Position numbers and translations under genes: made by a program. A stretch of DNA of 64,000 nucleotides from Balanoglossus misakiensis (taxonomy: Eukaryota; Animalia; Hemichordata). The stretch spans positions 11,627,912 to 11,691,911 of the forward strand of contig CM082592.2 in NCBI GenBank assembly GCA_040954595.2, read 5' to 3'. The notes beneath the pieces are model-generated. The model ran no database searches, was not told the origin of the DNA, and saw only the letters and a program-made list of their open reading frames with translations. This document shows, in pieces, positions 1-14,072 of this stretch. Each line of letters begins with the position of its first letter. Position 1 is the stretch's first letter.

Positions 1-3000
1 CAGAAACACGTGCGCAGTGAGAGTGAGAGCCAAGCAGGGTCAGAGGTTACGAAAAGTGCGATAACAATAAACACGCCATCATGCGTTCCGTGAACGAGAA
101 AAATATGCGCCGTCCCAACTCATATTTCTACGCAAGAGTCAATAACCCACTGTGACCAAGCGATATGAATTTCATTTGCACCGAACGGCAATTGAGTTTT
201 AATTTTCCTCGGATCTAAAGGCCATAGGTCAAAAGTGGATACCAAAATATGCCTGTGTATATATATTATACCCTGGCAAGATTGTACCCACAATCAGGTA
301 CAGGCGAAACAGGTGACAGAGAGACAGACAGACACACAGAAAGAGAAAGAGACTTTCTGTACATCTGCATAAGGGCAGAGGACTTGAAAAGTGCCTAAAT
401 GATTTTTTGCTAGGGATAGGGTTAATTAGACATGCCACATTGGTGACTCAACGCCCTAATATGTCTGATGAAGTACATGATGAGTTGTGACAAGTCGTGG
501 AGGAAGACTTGTCGCAGGTGAAACAGGGAGTGTCACGCGGAAGGCGTGTAAAGTCGAGATGCATCAGCTGCAGGCTGAAGTCTGTGCCACATTCACCACC
601 ATCGGAATGAATTCGAGGGTAAAGCCGGACTAATTTTAAATAAAAGTTGCAGCTAATAGCAATTACTTTGTCTCGGTCGAAGCCCGTGTCTCCACGCGGC
701 TAGGGGTACTTTCAAGATCTCGACAAATTCTGATGAGGCAGCCACCCTGACTGGCACCGTGGCTCCATAAATCAAATCTTTCTCGAAACACGTTGACAGG
801 TGAAGGGCTCGCCGAGCTACCTGCAAACGCCTGCGTAGCTGTTAAAACTTAACGAGGAGAAAGGGCACCCGCTACACAAAGGATAGATTCGTCAAGCGCG
901 CTTGACAAATTTCGTTAAATTCTGTCGATCCTGACAAGTGCTCATCCGTCGACAATGAAGATGGCTCTCCCGGGAGCGACAGGTTTTTAGTACCGACGAA
1001 ACTTTCTCTGAATAACGGTCGTACTTGCCCACTACCAAGCGCATCTGGAGAGTCGTAAAATCCACATCTACGATACACCTGTGGGTTTTCCGAAGAATGA
1101 TTCAATATTTTTTTTTGTATAAAAAAGTCACGTTACCATTGAAACTGTACGGACGCAGAGTAAATATCGAAGTGGTTATATACATACATGACCGATAGTA
1201 AGTGGAACAGTTATTTCACCATTTTTAGCGAGTAGAACAAGAAACTGTAGATGCACAGACAAAAATGGTGAAAACATCATCAAATGTTTCATCTACTGTC
1301 CCTTTTACTCAGAAATGAAGTTGACTATATTTACTCTGTAAACTGACATGGCGGCATAGCAAAATACGGAGTAGGGCCTAACGTACGGAGGTTTGAAGGT
1401 AAAATGTTTAATCGTACTAAAGGGTGTGAATATATCTCACTTGGCTCGCTGCGCCTACTTGGACTTTCGCGAGTGTAAAAATTACGGAACTCATAAACGA
1501 GGCTAATTTAACAGGGGTCCCTTTTAAAATTCATCCTTCATTCTGCAAAGAAAAAAAACTGAGTCAGGCGGCGCTTGCGTCTCGACAGCTTGCAAAATGT
1601 AGCTTTGTGCCGTCTTGGAAACACGTATAGCCTGACATGGAGACAGAATTTACGTATTCAGTCTGCGAGTACACGGTGTACTGTACAAAACGACTCTTTC
1701 TGCTCAAATCCCAAATTAAATTTGATAAAATCTTAACTACTCGTGCATTTATTATTGCCCGAAATTGAGAATTATGGCCAGTAATCGACGTAATAAAATA
1801 AAGGGCAACGTACACGTACTTGTTTGCCTCGTAGGATGCTATGTCAAGAGTGCTGTCTGCCGATAATAAATTATTCAATTTTTTTATGGCGAGAAACGTG
1901 ATGTCGTTCCAACTGCGTCAAATTTCGGGGGAATGTTGAGCATACATCGGCGGGATATCGAGCATATTTACTTATTTTCAGAAGGGCTTTCAGAATTCTG
2001 CAAAAATGGCACTCACCGCTGTGGAAAATGTTCAGATCATGCGATTTCTTACAGGGGTAGGCTAGGGTCAGCGTCTGCTTGACAAATGTTCAACACAGAG
2101 GGATATAGACTATTACGGAGGGCGATTCTTCAAATGATGACAACCGTGAAGAAGGTAAGTAAACTGATCATTTAGTTTTTGTTGAAACCAGAATATTCTC
2201 TCCAGTTTTCTTTTCAACTCGTCTGCCACAAACGTACCAAAATAACATAAAAATAACCATATCTTGGTTATATCCGTTCAGTTTAAAACCAAGAATCTCT
2301 AACGACTCAAAAATGATTTGTTTTTCACTAAATACGAAATAACGCGGATGTTAATAGTTCATTTATAAATTTTGGCTCCAACTGGTTATAGTGTTTGTGA
2401 CACGTTTTACAACCTTGACATCTGCTGGCTGAATTAATTCTTGAACGTCATGTCCACGAATAAATTAATAAATAATGTCCGTTATGAAATGGCTGTAAAA
2501 GTCATTTTATTGAATTTTGTCATTTGGAAATGAGAGATTGAAACAAAACCAACGCCGTGGTCGCGCACGGCGTTTTTCCAGAAGCAGGTGGCTGGTACCG
2601 TAAAATTGAATTTTACGACCATTGTCTACATATTTTTGCCCGAATCAACACCATTACAGATTTAGTCGGATTAAAGTAGTAGTCCAACGCACCGTCGTTT
2701 GACACGCACGCGTCGACAGAGCAACCATTTTACCAATATTTAATCTCCACACAGTGGTGCTTTGTCTTCGGATCTCAGATCAGCGACACATTTCCAAATA
2801 CCCTCTCTGTATCTTCCAAGCCGTGCACCGGGGAACATAGTAAAGTCGGTTTACAATAATTCCGGAGTTTAAAAGCTCCCCGCTTTATAGCCTTTTTGTG
2901 ACTTAAAAACAATGACTGTTCGGGCTTCCTATGTCAATAGAATTATGAAGTGATTTTGATGTCTTATCAGATATTTGTATCAAAAACATGACTTCCCATT

Positions 3001-4469
3001 TACTGCAATAATCCCTACCATTTAAACCTGACTCGTCCGTTCCTCTCCCTGGAAACGCATAACATCTGGTCACTTGGGGGTTCAGTTCCAGACCCCCTAG
3101 GTGCCAGTGCGAGATTGATCTCAAAATGTGTGATTTGTTTAACACGGTGACGTGACAAGGGATCGATGCATGGAGATATTATAAAAAACTTTTAAAGAAT
3201 CACTGCATGACAATCTGCAAGAGACAGAGTCCCCCTTTGAAATTCTTTTCCTTGTATTGAACAAAATAAATCAACACCTGAAGCTTATGAAAACCATTTT
3301 GAAAAAATATCACCAGTCTTGAATTTCATCTGCCTTTTAATCCAGAAAAGGAAGATTAACCAAACTAAACTTCATTTTCCCTCAAATCAAAAGAGAGGTA
3401 ACACATTGCCAATATCGCACTGGAAAAACCACACGTACAGATGTGACATATGGATGAGAGCCAATAACAACAGACACCGTGGGCACAGATCATGATTTTG
3501 ACTTTTGAAATACAGGAGTAATGAAGTAATAACAAACACATACAACATTTCTACTGGCAGTACATGTACCGCGACTGCAAATTCTTTATAGTTAGCCTAG
3601 GGGATCTTTTCCATGCAATAAAATTAGCTTTCTAGTTTCCTTTGTTTTGCTTCTGGGATTTTCCCGGAGATCTCATCTTTGTTTGGAAGATTCGGCAAAT
3701 GAGACCAAATTGACTTTGTCCTCAGGGAGATGGGCCATATATCTGATCTGTAGGGTGAATCATTACGCGGTTGATATATGTGTTTAAAAGCAACAAGCAG
3801 CAAGAGTGTGTGTGCACTATAACTGCATCACCAACTTGGAGGGCGAGGCTGCATTGGAAGAGAACAAATAATATGCAGTATCCTAGCTAGTTAATGGTCT
3901 CTTCATTTGGTGCTAAATTCACAATTTTCCCTCATATATTCGTATTTTTTCAATGTCGTCAATACGATTAAAGTTTGTCAGATTGTAACTTTTAAGATTT
4001 ACACTACAGATATTCAAACTTCACATTGCGATCACATGTGAAGAACAAATGCTTCATAATTAATTAATAGAAACTTCACGCTTGTAATTTCTGATAAGCC
4101 ATGCTAATTTATGCAAATATTATGTAAATATTATGCACACAGGTGTGAGAACCAATCCATATCCATTTGGATTGATCCCTAAACAGTCGTACAGGGACAG
4201 AGATTTGCAGATGCCATTTGATAAATTTTAAACACGTTGCATAAATCATGCTTTTCAATGATTTCTGCATTCATTAGATTTTACTTAATTGGTGCATTTA
4301 ATCAAGAGTTTGGGTGAAAAAGGGTGGGTCAACCTCAAAGGTTAAAGGTGAAGGGTCAGGAAGATTTGCATGAAGTATTAAAGAGGAGTTTACCTCAGGT
4401 CTCTAAAGATAATATCATGGTATGACCAAACTGTAATAGACAAAGAAATAGTCCAAGCTAAATGTCAGC

Positions 4470-5850
4470 AAAAGTATTTTAATCACCAGTTTTATTGTAT
4501 CAAGTCATAAGTAACTGCATCGACAGACACAAATAATACCATTGAGGTTTTTGATGTAAGCAAACTCACACAAAATTCTACAAAATTTACGAGCAGTGTA
4601 TTCTTTTATTGTGTTCATAAGAAGTTTATGATATATTTAAACATTTTATATGTTCTTCAAAAACATAAATTTGTTGTGTGTGTAAATCTTGTCTTGGTGG
4701 TCAAGCTCACCAGTCTTCTGCTGCATCAGTGTCTATATACTACATTTATGATGAACACATCATGTGTGCCATTCATCCTGTGAGGATGGTTTCCAAGGTG
4801 AAGCAGTCATATGTGTGAGCCACAGGTTACGCTGTGTGCTGTACGTACTGGTGTGGATGTCTTCATGTGCACCATAAACTTAAAAGGATAATGCAGCTTG
4901 AATCCTTCCACCCCCAGTTCCCTCTTCAAAGGTCCAACCGTACCATAAAAACAATGGATTTGGACGGAACCATGGTGGTGAAAGGGTGATCATGAGACCT
5001 CAATTATTCCAGGGCATTGTGTCTTTAAAACGAGATCGTAATCATGCTGCGACACCAAAAAATGGTCAGTTCTGTCACCGCTGTTGCCCAGATGATATTA
5101 AATGAAACCCCATCAAAGTCGACTTGACATGTGGGGCGACTTAATTCCAAATTTACGATTGTAAAGTGGAAAAACTTGTTGCCTCTAATCAGGTGGAAAA
5201 AATTAATGAAAAAATGGAGCATGAGGTGTCCCGAAAAGTGTAAAGTATGCACCCCATGGACGACAAAATCAGTCATGATACATCTAAATCCTTCCATGGA
5301 TATAAGATTAATTAATTGATACTACCCACGGACAAGTGATGCATCTTTTTTGACATTTTTAGCAATTTTTAAATGAATGGAAGTTGACAAACGTGAGTAC
5401 CTGATCATGGCATTTGGATGGAATAATTCCCACAAGATTTTTATTCAGTGCCTTTTTAAATCATCAAATCTGCCCAAAAAACTTGATTTCAAATTAAACT
5501 GAATAACAGTATCTGACACTGTGTTAACTGTTGTCAATGCCATGTTGAAATCGGTTGAAATGATGGTTGCTGAGTGTCTGTTGAGACAAACCATGTTTCA
5601 CGCAGACCCGATGCGAGCTCAGGAAAATTCAATTATCATGCAAATGAGATCGGCTGGAGGTCAAATGATGCTGCAGAGCAACAACTTGCCAATTTTGAAT
5701 AATCGTGTCTGTTCTCTTTCATGTGTAGAAAATGTCACCCAAAGTCGCCCACTGTCATTTTTAGATGCATTTCCAACACATCAATGTGATTTGGAATTGG
5801 CGATTTGGAAAATGACATAGATGTGCAAGTTTTTTTCCTCTTCATAGTGC
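4470..5850 (-). other. Candidate non-coding terminal exon (strong acceptor plus poly(A) signals), possibly the distal RBM19 3'UTR exon
   Basis: Minus-strand acceptor ttcttttctttgtttatttccag|G at 5851/5850. Minus-strand AATAAA at 4605-4610 and 4491-4496, each followed by U/GU-rich tracts. No long ORF. Confidence 0.35.
4899..4990 (-). mobile_element. ~90-bp MITE-like interspersed repeat (family A), copy 1
   Basis: Reverse complement aligns by eye with copies at 19520, 54838 and 59445 (core ccaccatggt.cagtccaaa...gacct.taaagagggaactgggggtggaagg). Confidence 0.75.
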
Positions 5851-8800
5851 CTGGAAATAAACAAAGAAAAGAATCTTGTTAACAATCAAAATGGATGGAT
5901 CAGATATTTATTCTTGCATATAACAGCACTGCACATGACAATTCATTCATTCAATATGATGATGTGCAAACAATTGTGAACACAGAACGTGCACAAACAC
6001 TCTTGCAATAACCTTGAGATTCTATGAATTTCTCTCAACCCTCTCACCCCCATTCCACTGCATGTGGGTCTCACCACACCCATGAAGACAACTGGATTGT
6101 ACCACACAGTGGCAGTAACAAGGTTCAACTGCTGCTGTTTCTGAATTACATGAAATGCTTCCGAGAGCGTTAGGGGGGCCGTCAATTTGACATTGAGCAT
6201 TAATTGTGCACCGGGGTGTGAGTTTTCTCAGTCACGGATAATAAAACAGCTCTCACCACAAAATACAACTGTGATCTTGTGACAGATTGTCAAACTTCAT
6301 GTATTAATGGTGCCAATGAGGCGTGCTTTTGGCAGTGGCAATCTGTTATAGATTTCTTTGTAAAAAATCATTCTGCAGTCAGTCAGTCAGTCACTACGAA
6401 CCAACGACTTGGGTCACACAGTGACTCCATCAGATGACAGAAGATTGCTTGTGTATGTTTCCAAGTTTCTATTCTGAATGCTAAATATCAAGACGTTTGC
6501 CAGAAAATCTCCACAAACACAGCCACACGTGAGAGATGCCTATGATATCGCGAGTATAACATCTTTGGTGATGGAGTAAAAAAAAACATTTACTACTTCG
6601 CCCGAGGGTTTGAACCTGAGCCGGAAAAAGGACATTTGTGTCGTAAATTGCTGATACTATTCTGACTCTGTGGGGGAAATATATACACAATAAATGAGAA
6701 AGTCAAGGTCGCTTTCAAAGGTGACTTCTTACGGGAAATTCTCCATAACGTACAATCATTAATACCATTGATTAAACAAAAAGACAAGACAATTCACACT
6801 GAACACCAAGAAAGGCTAAACCTGCACTGTTGCATTGTGGGAAGCAATGTGACTACCTATGAAAAAGGTGTGTATGTGTTTGTGTGTGAAGTCAGGGGTA
6901 TAATGTTGAAACATCACGTGCATGGGTGACTCTTAACAGTTCTTAGTCAGAGCGCCGATTTTTCAAAAGGGATATCGGCAGCTCTAAACTGCCAATTAAT
7001 GTTCAGAAAGGGGATTCGCTGTCATAAAATTGAGGGCTGTAAAAGAGAAAAAGGCCAGTGACAGTTAACCGTTCACAGTTTGTTTCCTATTATTAGCATC
7101 ATGGTGAGTTTTTATGATAACACTAGGAAAACAGCCGACACACTCTGCCGATCGGAGGATTGCTCGCTGTGAATACCTCATGATGTTGGCAGATTTCGTC
7201 GCACGTTTTTTTTTCCGTTTCTTTCAGCTCAGCAGGGCAGGCCCTCTCAAAATTCAAGACCTGATTTCCTGACTGTAAAATCAAATTCGGAGGTCAGGCA
7301 GGAAATTAACACAGAAATGAGAAAATGTGCGAAAAGCGAGATTTGTGTATTAAAGGTAGTAAGGAGGTCGTGACACAGAAGATAAAAACGTTAGCAACCA
7401 CGCGGAGAACTGTTAACTGGTTTATTTTCAGATAATAAAATTTGCCGTTTTTGCTGACCCTTGTGACCCTGATATTGCGAATGAAATCAAAGCCACGCTG
7501 AAGCAAATTATCTAAATGCCTCTTATTTTACCGCCATTTGAAAATCTACAAGATAACATTGGCTGCAATGAGACAATGATGAGTTTTATGATTTTGGCAG
7601 TGAAAGTGGAATTTAAGTTCCACCATTCGATCATTACGCTGTCTTTTCACACTGAAATGATACTGTCTCTGGATTTTAAGTTCAGCAATACTGCAGGTGA
7701 AAAATTGAACTCTACCATAATTTCACACTTTCAAGGCATCTTAATATTGTCGGTTCATCAATTGTTGAAAATGGTCAAATTTAGACCTGCTGAGAATCAG
7801 TTTGTTTTCAAATGAAAAAGTTATTTTGCGTTATCTGCTATTTAAGAGGAAGGAAACCTGTCACACCAGAATGTGAGCTCCAAATGACCTGGTGAAACTC
7901 AAAACACGAAATGTAATTGGTAAACATCTTCAAAATGTAGTTATGTAAATTTAGAATATGACCCCTCACCTTGGAAGTAATACAATTTAGTGGAATTTGC
8001 AATGCGACACCTGGCTTGGGTATTTTTTGCACCAGAAAAAAAATATTGAAGTCTCACACAGGAGTATTTGCTTTCATGTGATCGCATGTTTACATAAATT
8101 ACAACTAAAATAGAAATCAATTTCAGTTAGACTTACTGTCCTATAATTTATGCAAATTAGTTCCTGGATTGTTTGGGTCAAAGAACGTGCGTACTGGACA
8201 CGCACATTTTTGCCGAAATTGAAAATGAACCGAAGTTAAAGCAGAAGACCAAAAATGTTTCTTTTCAGTTGATGAAAAGACTTCAAAGGCCCAAGTGCAG
8301 CAGGAACAGAGATACAGCAAAAATAGGAGTTGTTGAGAGGATTCCAGAATTTACATGACCGTCTACCCGACATACAAATGACAGAAAACTCAGCCTTGCT
8401 CACAGAATACAAATAAACACATCGGAGGATGATAAACTGAAGCTTACGTATACAATTTTTTTGGCTGGAAGTACTGAAAGTTCAAAATGAGTGAACACCA
8501 CTAAAATTTACCGTGCCACAAGGGGCAGTAATTTTTCAGAGAAGGGATTAAAAGCGAATCCCACACAGCAAGTAAAATATCTGCCTATAAAAAGCTTTGA
8601 ATGAGAGGCAAATTTATGGGCCCATAAGCACGGGATTTACGCTGGTTTTAATGGCGCCGAAAAGTTCTATACTTTTCCTTTTTAGCTGCAGGACACGTTT
8701 CTGAAATTTTTATGAAATCTATATTCTTGTTTGTCTAATATGTAATATTTGATAACTGCTAAGTTGTTAAATAATATGGATGGTCATATTCTTGAGTTGC

Positions 8801-11050
8801 CAGTCGGACAGGGTTTTGGAGAGAGAAAGAATATTCAGCACCCTCTCTGGAAGGTTAAAAGTGTGACTGGCCACTCTGTGAGTTCAAATTTGATATTTAC
8901 GGCCACACTGGATCTAACTTTTGATAAAAATGTTTAGTGACAAAACTTTTGTCTTTCTGTTTTTATTCTGATCAATACTGTACCACTCATTTGAAAAAGT
9001 AAATTGAATCGAACTTGTGCACATTTTCCTGTCCTCCTAATCTAGCACTAAACCATACGATAAATCTCAAACAAGATAAAGTAAAAGTGATTTAGTGTAT
9101 GTCCCTCCTGTGATTTGTAAATTTCATGCAAGTACGGTCAGAATTAAAAATTTTCATCTTCCACACATGTTCTTCTTCTTTTTATTTCTGCAGGATATTT
9201 TTTTTAAAAAGATCTTTTCATACAGGTTTGTGAACCAGACCAAACAAAAAAACACAGTTTCTACTAGAAACACAAAAAAGTGTGCATATGTCTGCCTTGG
9301 CGGGGAAATATATAGGCGATGAAAGGGCTTATTTATTATTCATTAAGGAGAGGAAATCAGTCACAATTGCTCTCAATATTTCAGTCTTAATGCACAGCAA
9401 AGTGTTCAATATAACTCAACACCAGTGGCCTGATCCCTACATCTGTGAAATCAAACCGAGGTTATACACTTTGGCGCTGATCTGCCATTTGTCTTTTTTT
9501 GTTGAAACTTAAAAACCCATCGTGCTATGTCACCTGAACTGGCGAGAAAATTTTCCTTTTATCTGGGCATTTTAATAATTCAGGATAGCAGGGCATGAGA
9601 TATGGAGCTAATAAACTGAAAGGCACCATTATTTACATGTTAAGTATGGTTACTTGAGCACATATGCTTGCCGTGGACACAGGAGAAGTCAGTGACTAGG
9701 AAAAATAATTATTCCTACCGCGGTCTACATCAACCTCAATCTCGATTTAACTAATGCTTACTATGTGAGTAAAGTCTAACATGAAATTTGTCTTAATAAT
9801 TTAAGGATGGCACACTGTTTTTATTTATGTGCCATGTCTTCTCCTTTAAGCTGAAATAATTGCATTTTTGAAAGCTTCTCTTGGTTGAAAAGGACAGATT
9901 CAACTTTGTTCTTCATCAGTGTTGCCATGGACACTACTGAGCTAGTATCTGGGAGTGAGTTTATTTTCAGCAAAGCAAAGTAAAATTTGTTCACACTATA
10001 TATAATGTTAACATAAATATTCTTTTACAGAGAGACGAATATTCGCTTTCTCCTTGGATTTACCAAAGCTTCACATCTCATGCAAACTTTGGGACAAAGT
10101 GTAAAATAATGTGCATGTAACCGTAGGCGATCCCCTTTAAAATAAGCTCTAAATGTAGCCGGATTGAGTTTGAGGCAAAGTTTATGGGCACAGTAAAAGT
10201 AATGGTACAACGTAGGATTAAATTTGCTTTTTGATGGCCATGTTCTAGCCATGCACTTTAATACTGTGCTGTGTGTGGACAAGAATCCACAAATCATGCA
10301 ACGATAGAGCTGACCGCACTGTCCACTGAAGTCCATCTTGAATTCATAAAAAGAAGGACAACAACCATGGTTTAAAACAACCCTCTCATCGCACTGAATT
10401 TTCTGGTATTAGTTGAAGAAACGTAAGCTTTGCTTCATGTGGTCATTTGGCGTTGTCGAGCTCTAACTGACATTTCAGCCATTTATTTATTTATATCAGC
10501 TCTCAAGTGAGAATTTGTGCATTTCTAGAGCTTTCGACACTCCCAACAAATGAGCAAAAAATCCCAAACAGTCAAAATCTTGAAGCATAATTCCCTCATT
10601 TACATTTTACTGGATTATGTAGACCCTGCAGTGCGGAATACAGTGTTGCTATTCATGTATATTTGATCTCAACATTCAAATTTTTTTCTGTACTGCTATA
10701 AATCTCAATAATCTTCAAATAAAGGTGTCTGGAATATTCAGATCATAAGTGGGGGCGAGTGTTGATGTTTCAATCCAACAGAGATCTCCATCCAGGGTAA
10801 TGCATGTATGTGTTATTAAAGAGAGTCATTCACTTTTCAGTGATGGACATTAAGGGCAGTGCAAGGTTTTAGATGGTTTATCTTCCTTGATCAGTTTGGA
10901 GACAGTACACTTTGATGGTGTTTGAGGCGTTTGGCTTAATAATGTATGTATCTTCATGTACCATCTGAAGAGAAAGTCACACATGATGAGTGGACAACAG
11001 AAAAAAGATCAGTGATAGACAAAGAAGGAATGTGTCAGAACACATCCATG

Positions 11051-11151
11051 TGGCCAATCAGGATAGAGACAGTATAACACTGGCCAACCAGGAAAGAGCA
11101 ATAAACAATACAGCCAATCAGGAGAGGACCATAAAAATAACAGCCAATCAG
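11051..11151 (+). repeat. Degenerate tandem array of 4 CCAAT-box units with exact 30-bp period
   Basis: tggccaatcagg at 11051, tggccaaccagg at 11081, cagccaatcagg at 11111, cagccaatcag at 11141. Confidence 0.8.
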
Positions 11152-14003
11152 TTTATATGACCATGACCTTGAACTGATCACATGTCTATGGATTGTTACT
11201 TAGTATGGTTTATGGTGGCTTATCCTTTTCAATTCAAACCCCGTGAGTAGAACTCTGTGGATTAAATCTGGCGGAGACCGTCTTCGATATCATCATTCAT
11301 TCATCAAAAGTTGGGTTTTTAATCTTTGAACTAGGACACCTCTACTGGGAATGTCAACCATGAACAGTTTTACGCAAATCACACGTACATATTTGAAAGA
11401 GTGATGGTACAAACAAAATCTGAATGGACGCTCACACAATAGTTCACAGTACACGTGGCACCCTCTATCTTCCGAACATTAGGGTCAATGTGCTTTATCT
11501 GTTGCATCATGGGAAGACTCATTGTCTCAGGATTAGTAAATGCATCTCCATGGCTACAAACAAGTGGAAAAAGTGATAGCTGAGATTTTGACCCAAAAAA
11601 TGTAATTCCGAGCACAGATACTCAAGAAACTTAAGAGTCTGTGTTTCGAGCAACGTTCTTGACAAGGAGCAATTTCTCCTCTGAAAACTGTGGTGAAATC
11701 AAGATTTTATGGGCTTCATAACAGTCATATAATTGGAATCATGGGAGCAACTTCTTGACCCCGTGACCTGTAATAGGAACACGCTCAAATCATGACTGTG
11801 GGGGGCTTGTGTTCCTAACAAAAGGTCAAGAAGTGCAACTCTGGTGATTCCAATTTGTTCACTTTAGCCGTTAAACCGGCAAACCAGCTCTCATTTGACA
11901 TTTTTGATTATTTTTTATTTATGACAGGTTTAATATTGTTCTGCTTTGATAATAAAAATGCTGACTTACAGACCACTGAGCTCAATCTTGCATACATCTA
12001 TAGATTTGAAAAGCAGACACATCAATACCATTTTTTCTGGTATGTACCTAATTTATTAAAGGGCCATACCCATAGTCCCCCTTAACATCAGTGTGACAGA
12101 AGACAATCTGTTTTGTTGGGTCTACTTTGTAAATTGTCTGGGCCTAGATTCATGACAAGAACTTCGCAAAGACGCGAGCTGGAATTAGTTTCTTAATGCT
12201 GTGATTTCCTTCCAAAGGTCAATGGTGAATCTCCCAGTGGGGTGTTTATTTATTTACTGAAACTGTTAAAGTAAATCTTGTCAATAAGACAGCAAGCTGG
12301 GGGACTGAGTAGCCATAGGGTAAATAGGTGTTCAGTTCTTATTTATTGTCTCTTCGATGAACTCACCTGATAATTACAATGTTGGCATTCACGGCCCTTC
12401 TGTGACCCACACATGCTCAGACAGAGCTATCAACTTGACAAATACTAAATCTCGCAGTTATCCACAATGTACTTAGAAATTTGCTGTGTTTTTTGAACTT
12501 TTCAGTTTTAAGATGTACCGGTAAGTGTAATATAAGTGAAATTTGAAATCATGGAAAATGATGAACAGCCAACCAGTTTCTTGGAAAAAAGCTTGACAAA
12601 AGTCAGAACTGTGACGTGAATAGAAGCTAGAGTCTCTCTGTGGACATCAACAAAGAAAGTATAATGATCAGACTTCCTGGAAAGATCGCTTCGTCCTTGG
12701 AACTCGGTCATCACACAGGCAAGCTAGAAATCAATTGCCAGTCAGCATTACAGCTATAAATGTAGTTTTAAGACCTCTTTTTGGAGCGACATAATTCATC
12801 TTGGTGGTTCACCCCTTGGGCCTTGCACCCAATTACACTCTCTCCCTCTTTGGAGAATCAGTCTCTACAAGGACTTCTCTGTCTTCTTTATAGCGCAACT
12901 GAGACTACGGCCGAGTTTGTAGGCAACCGTTATTTTTTTACAGCACTTTTCAGTTGCTGTCTGTTATATCTCCTCCCTCTCTCTAAGCTTCATTGCTAGT
13001 TCTATTGCTGAATGCCGAGTAAAACTATTGTACGTTGGGTAAATCTACCCTTTATGATTTTCTTTTCTTGCAAGACAAATATCATCATCATCAGTGGGTT
13101 CAGAGTCACTGCTGAACAAAAATCAGCCAAATTATTTTGGTATCAGGGCACTGCTTTCATTCTGTGTATCAGTAAACACTAAAATCAGATGGTTTATTTT
13201 TTTTCACAAAAACAGAAATGTGTCATCGTACTCAACCCAATTACACCTAAGGCACTATGAACAATGGGAGACCGACAGCTGATAATTACAGGTATGACCT
13301 CTTTCATTGGTTGACAAGAACAATAATATTATATCTTTTGTGAAACAAAAATTATGATCTAAAACATCAAGTCAAACAATGGCATATGTGACCCTCTGGA
13401 TTGTGAAAATAGCCTTCATTTTGGTGAAAAAATTTAAACTGATCAAATCGCAAAGAGTTATATGTGACTGCAATGATGTTGCTACAGTATACAGATGAAC
13501 AGAGCCAGCAAGAACAGATGGTTTTTGTGTTTATAAGAGAAACCCTGCACACAGAAATTATCTGATCTGCAATCCTCTTTTTTTAATGATGGCCTAATTT
13601 ACCCTAGGTTAATTAAACACTCATCAATCAAAGGGATATCAAGTTCAATGGGGTAATTTTGTGACCTTGTAACAGGGACATCTGTCAAAACCTGCATTTC
13701 CATCGATAGAGCAATATAGATGGTCAATTTCCTTGGGGACATGATATGCTCCCCAAAACTGAAATCAAACTTTTCGGCTTGCATGAACTGTGACCCAAAA
13801 GAATTTTTTCTCTCCAAAATAATGATGATTTTTTATTCTTTCTAGTCATGCCATCAGGTTTGTTGTGAGCACAAGTGGATTTTAATAGCTGATACATGTA
13901 CCAAGCAATTTACAAACACCACAATGCTTATGACATCAGATAGGAGACAGGTGCCATTTTGATTTGGCTCCAGTGTACAACCAGTAATGTGTTGATGACT
14001 GAG

Positions 14004-14072
14004 CTGTCTGTCTGTCTGTGTGTGTGTGTGTGTGTGTCTGCCTGTCTGTCTACGCACTGATCTGTCTGTCTG
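14004..14072 (+). repeat. Compound (CTGT)n/(GT)n microsatellite
   Basis: ctgtctgtctgtctgtgtgtgtgtgtgtgtgtgtctgcctgtctgtc. Confidence 0.9.

Noticed and set aside
6600-6630. B-box-like ggtttgaacc (tRNA or SINE)
   Set aside because: No A-box at proper spacing and no cloverleaf.
11051-11151. Repeat-spacer pattern resembling a CRISPR array
   Set aside because: The context is eukaryotic, the repeats are only ~10 bp, the spacers are related to each other, and there are no cas genes.
12382-12399. Partial antisense match to miR-124 (ttggcattcac...)
   Set aside because: The seed-side half does not match and no hairpin is evident.
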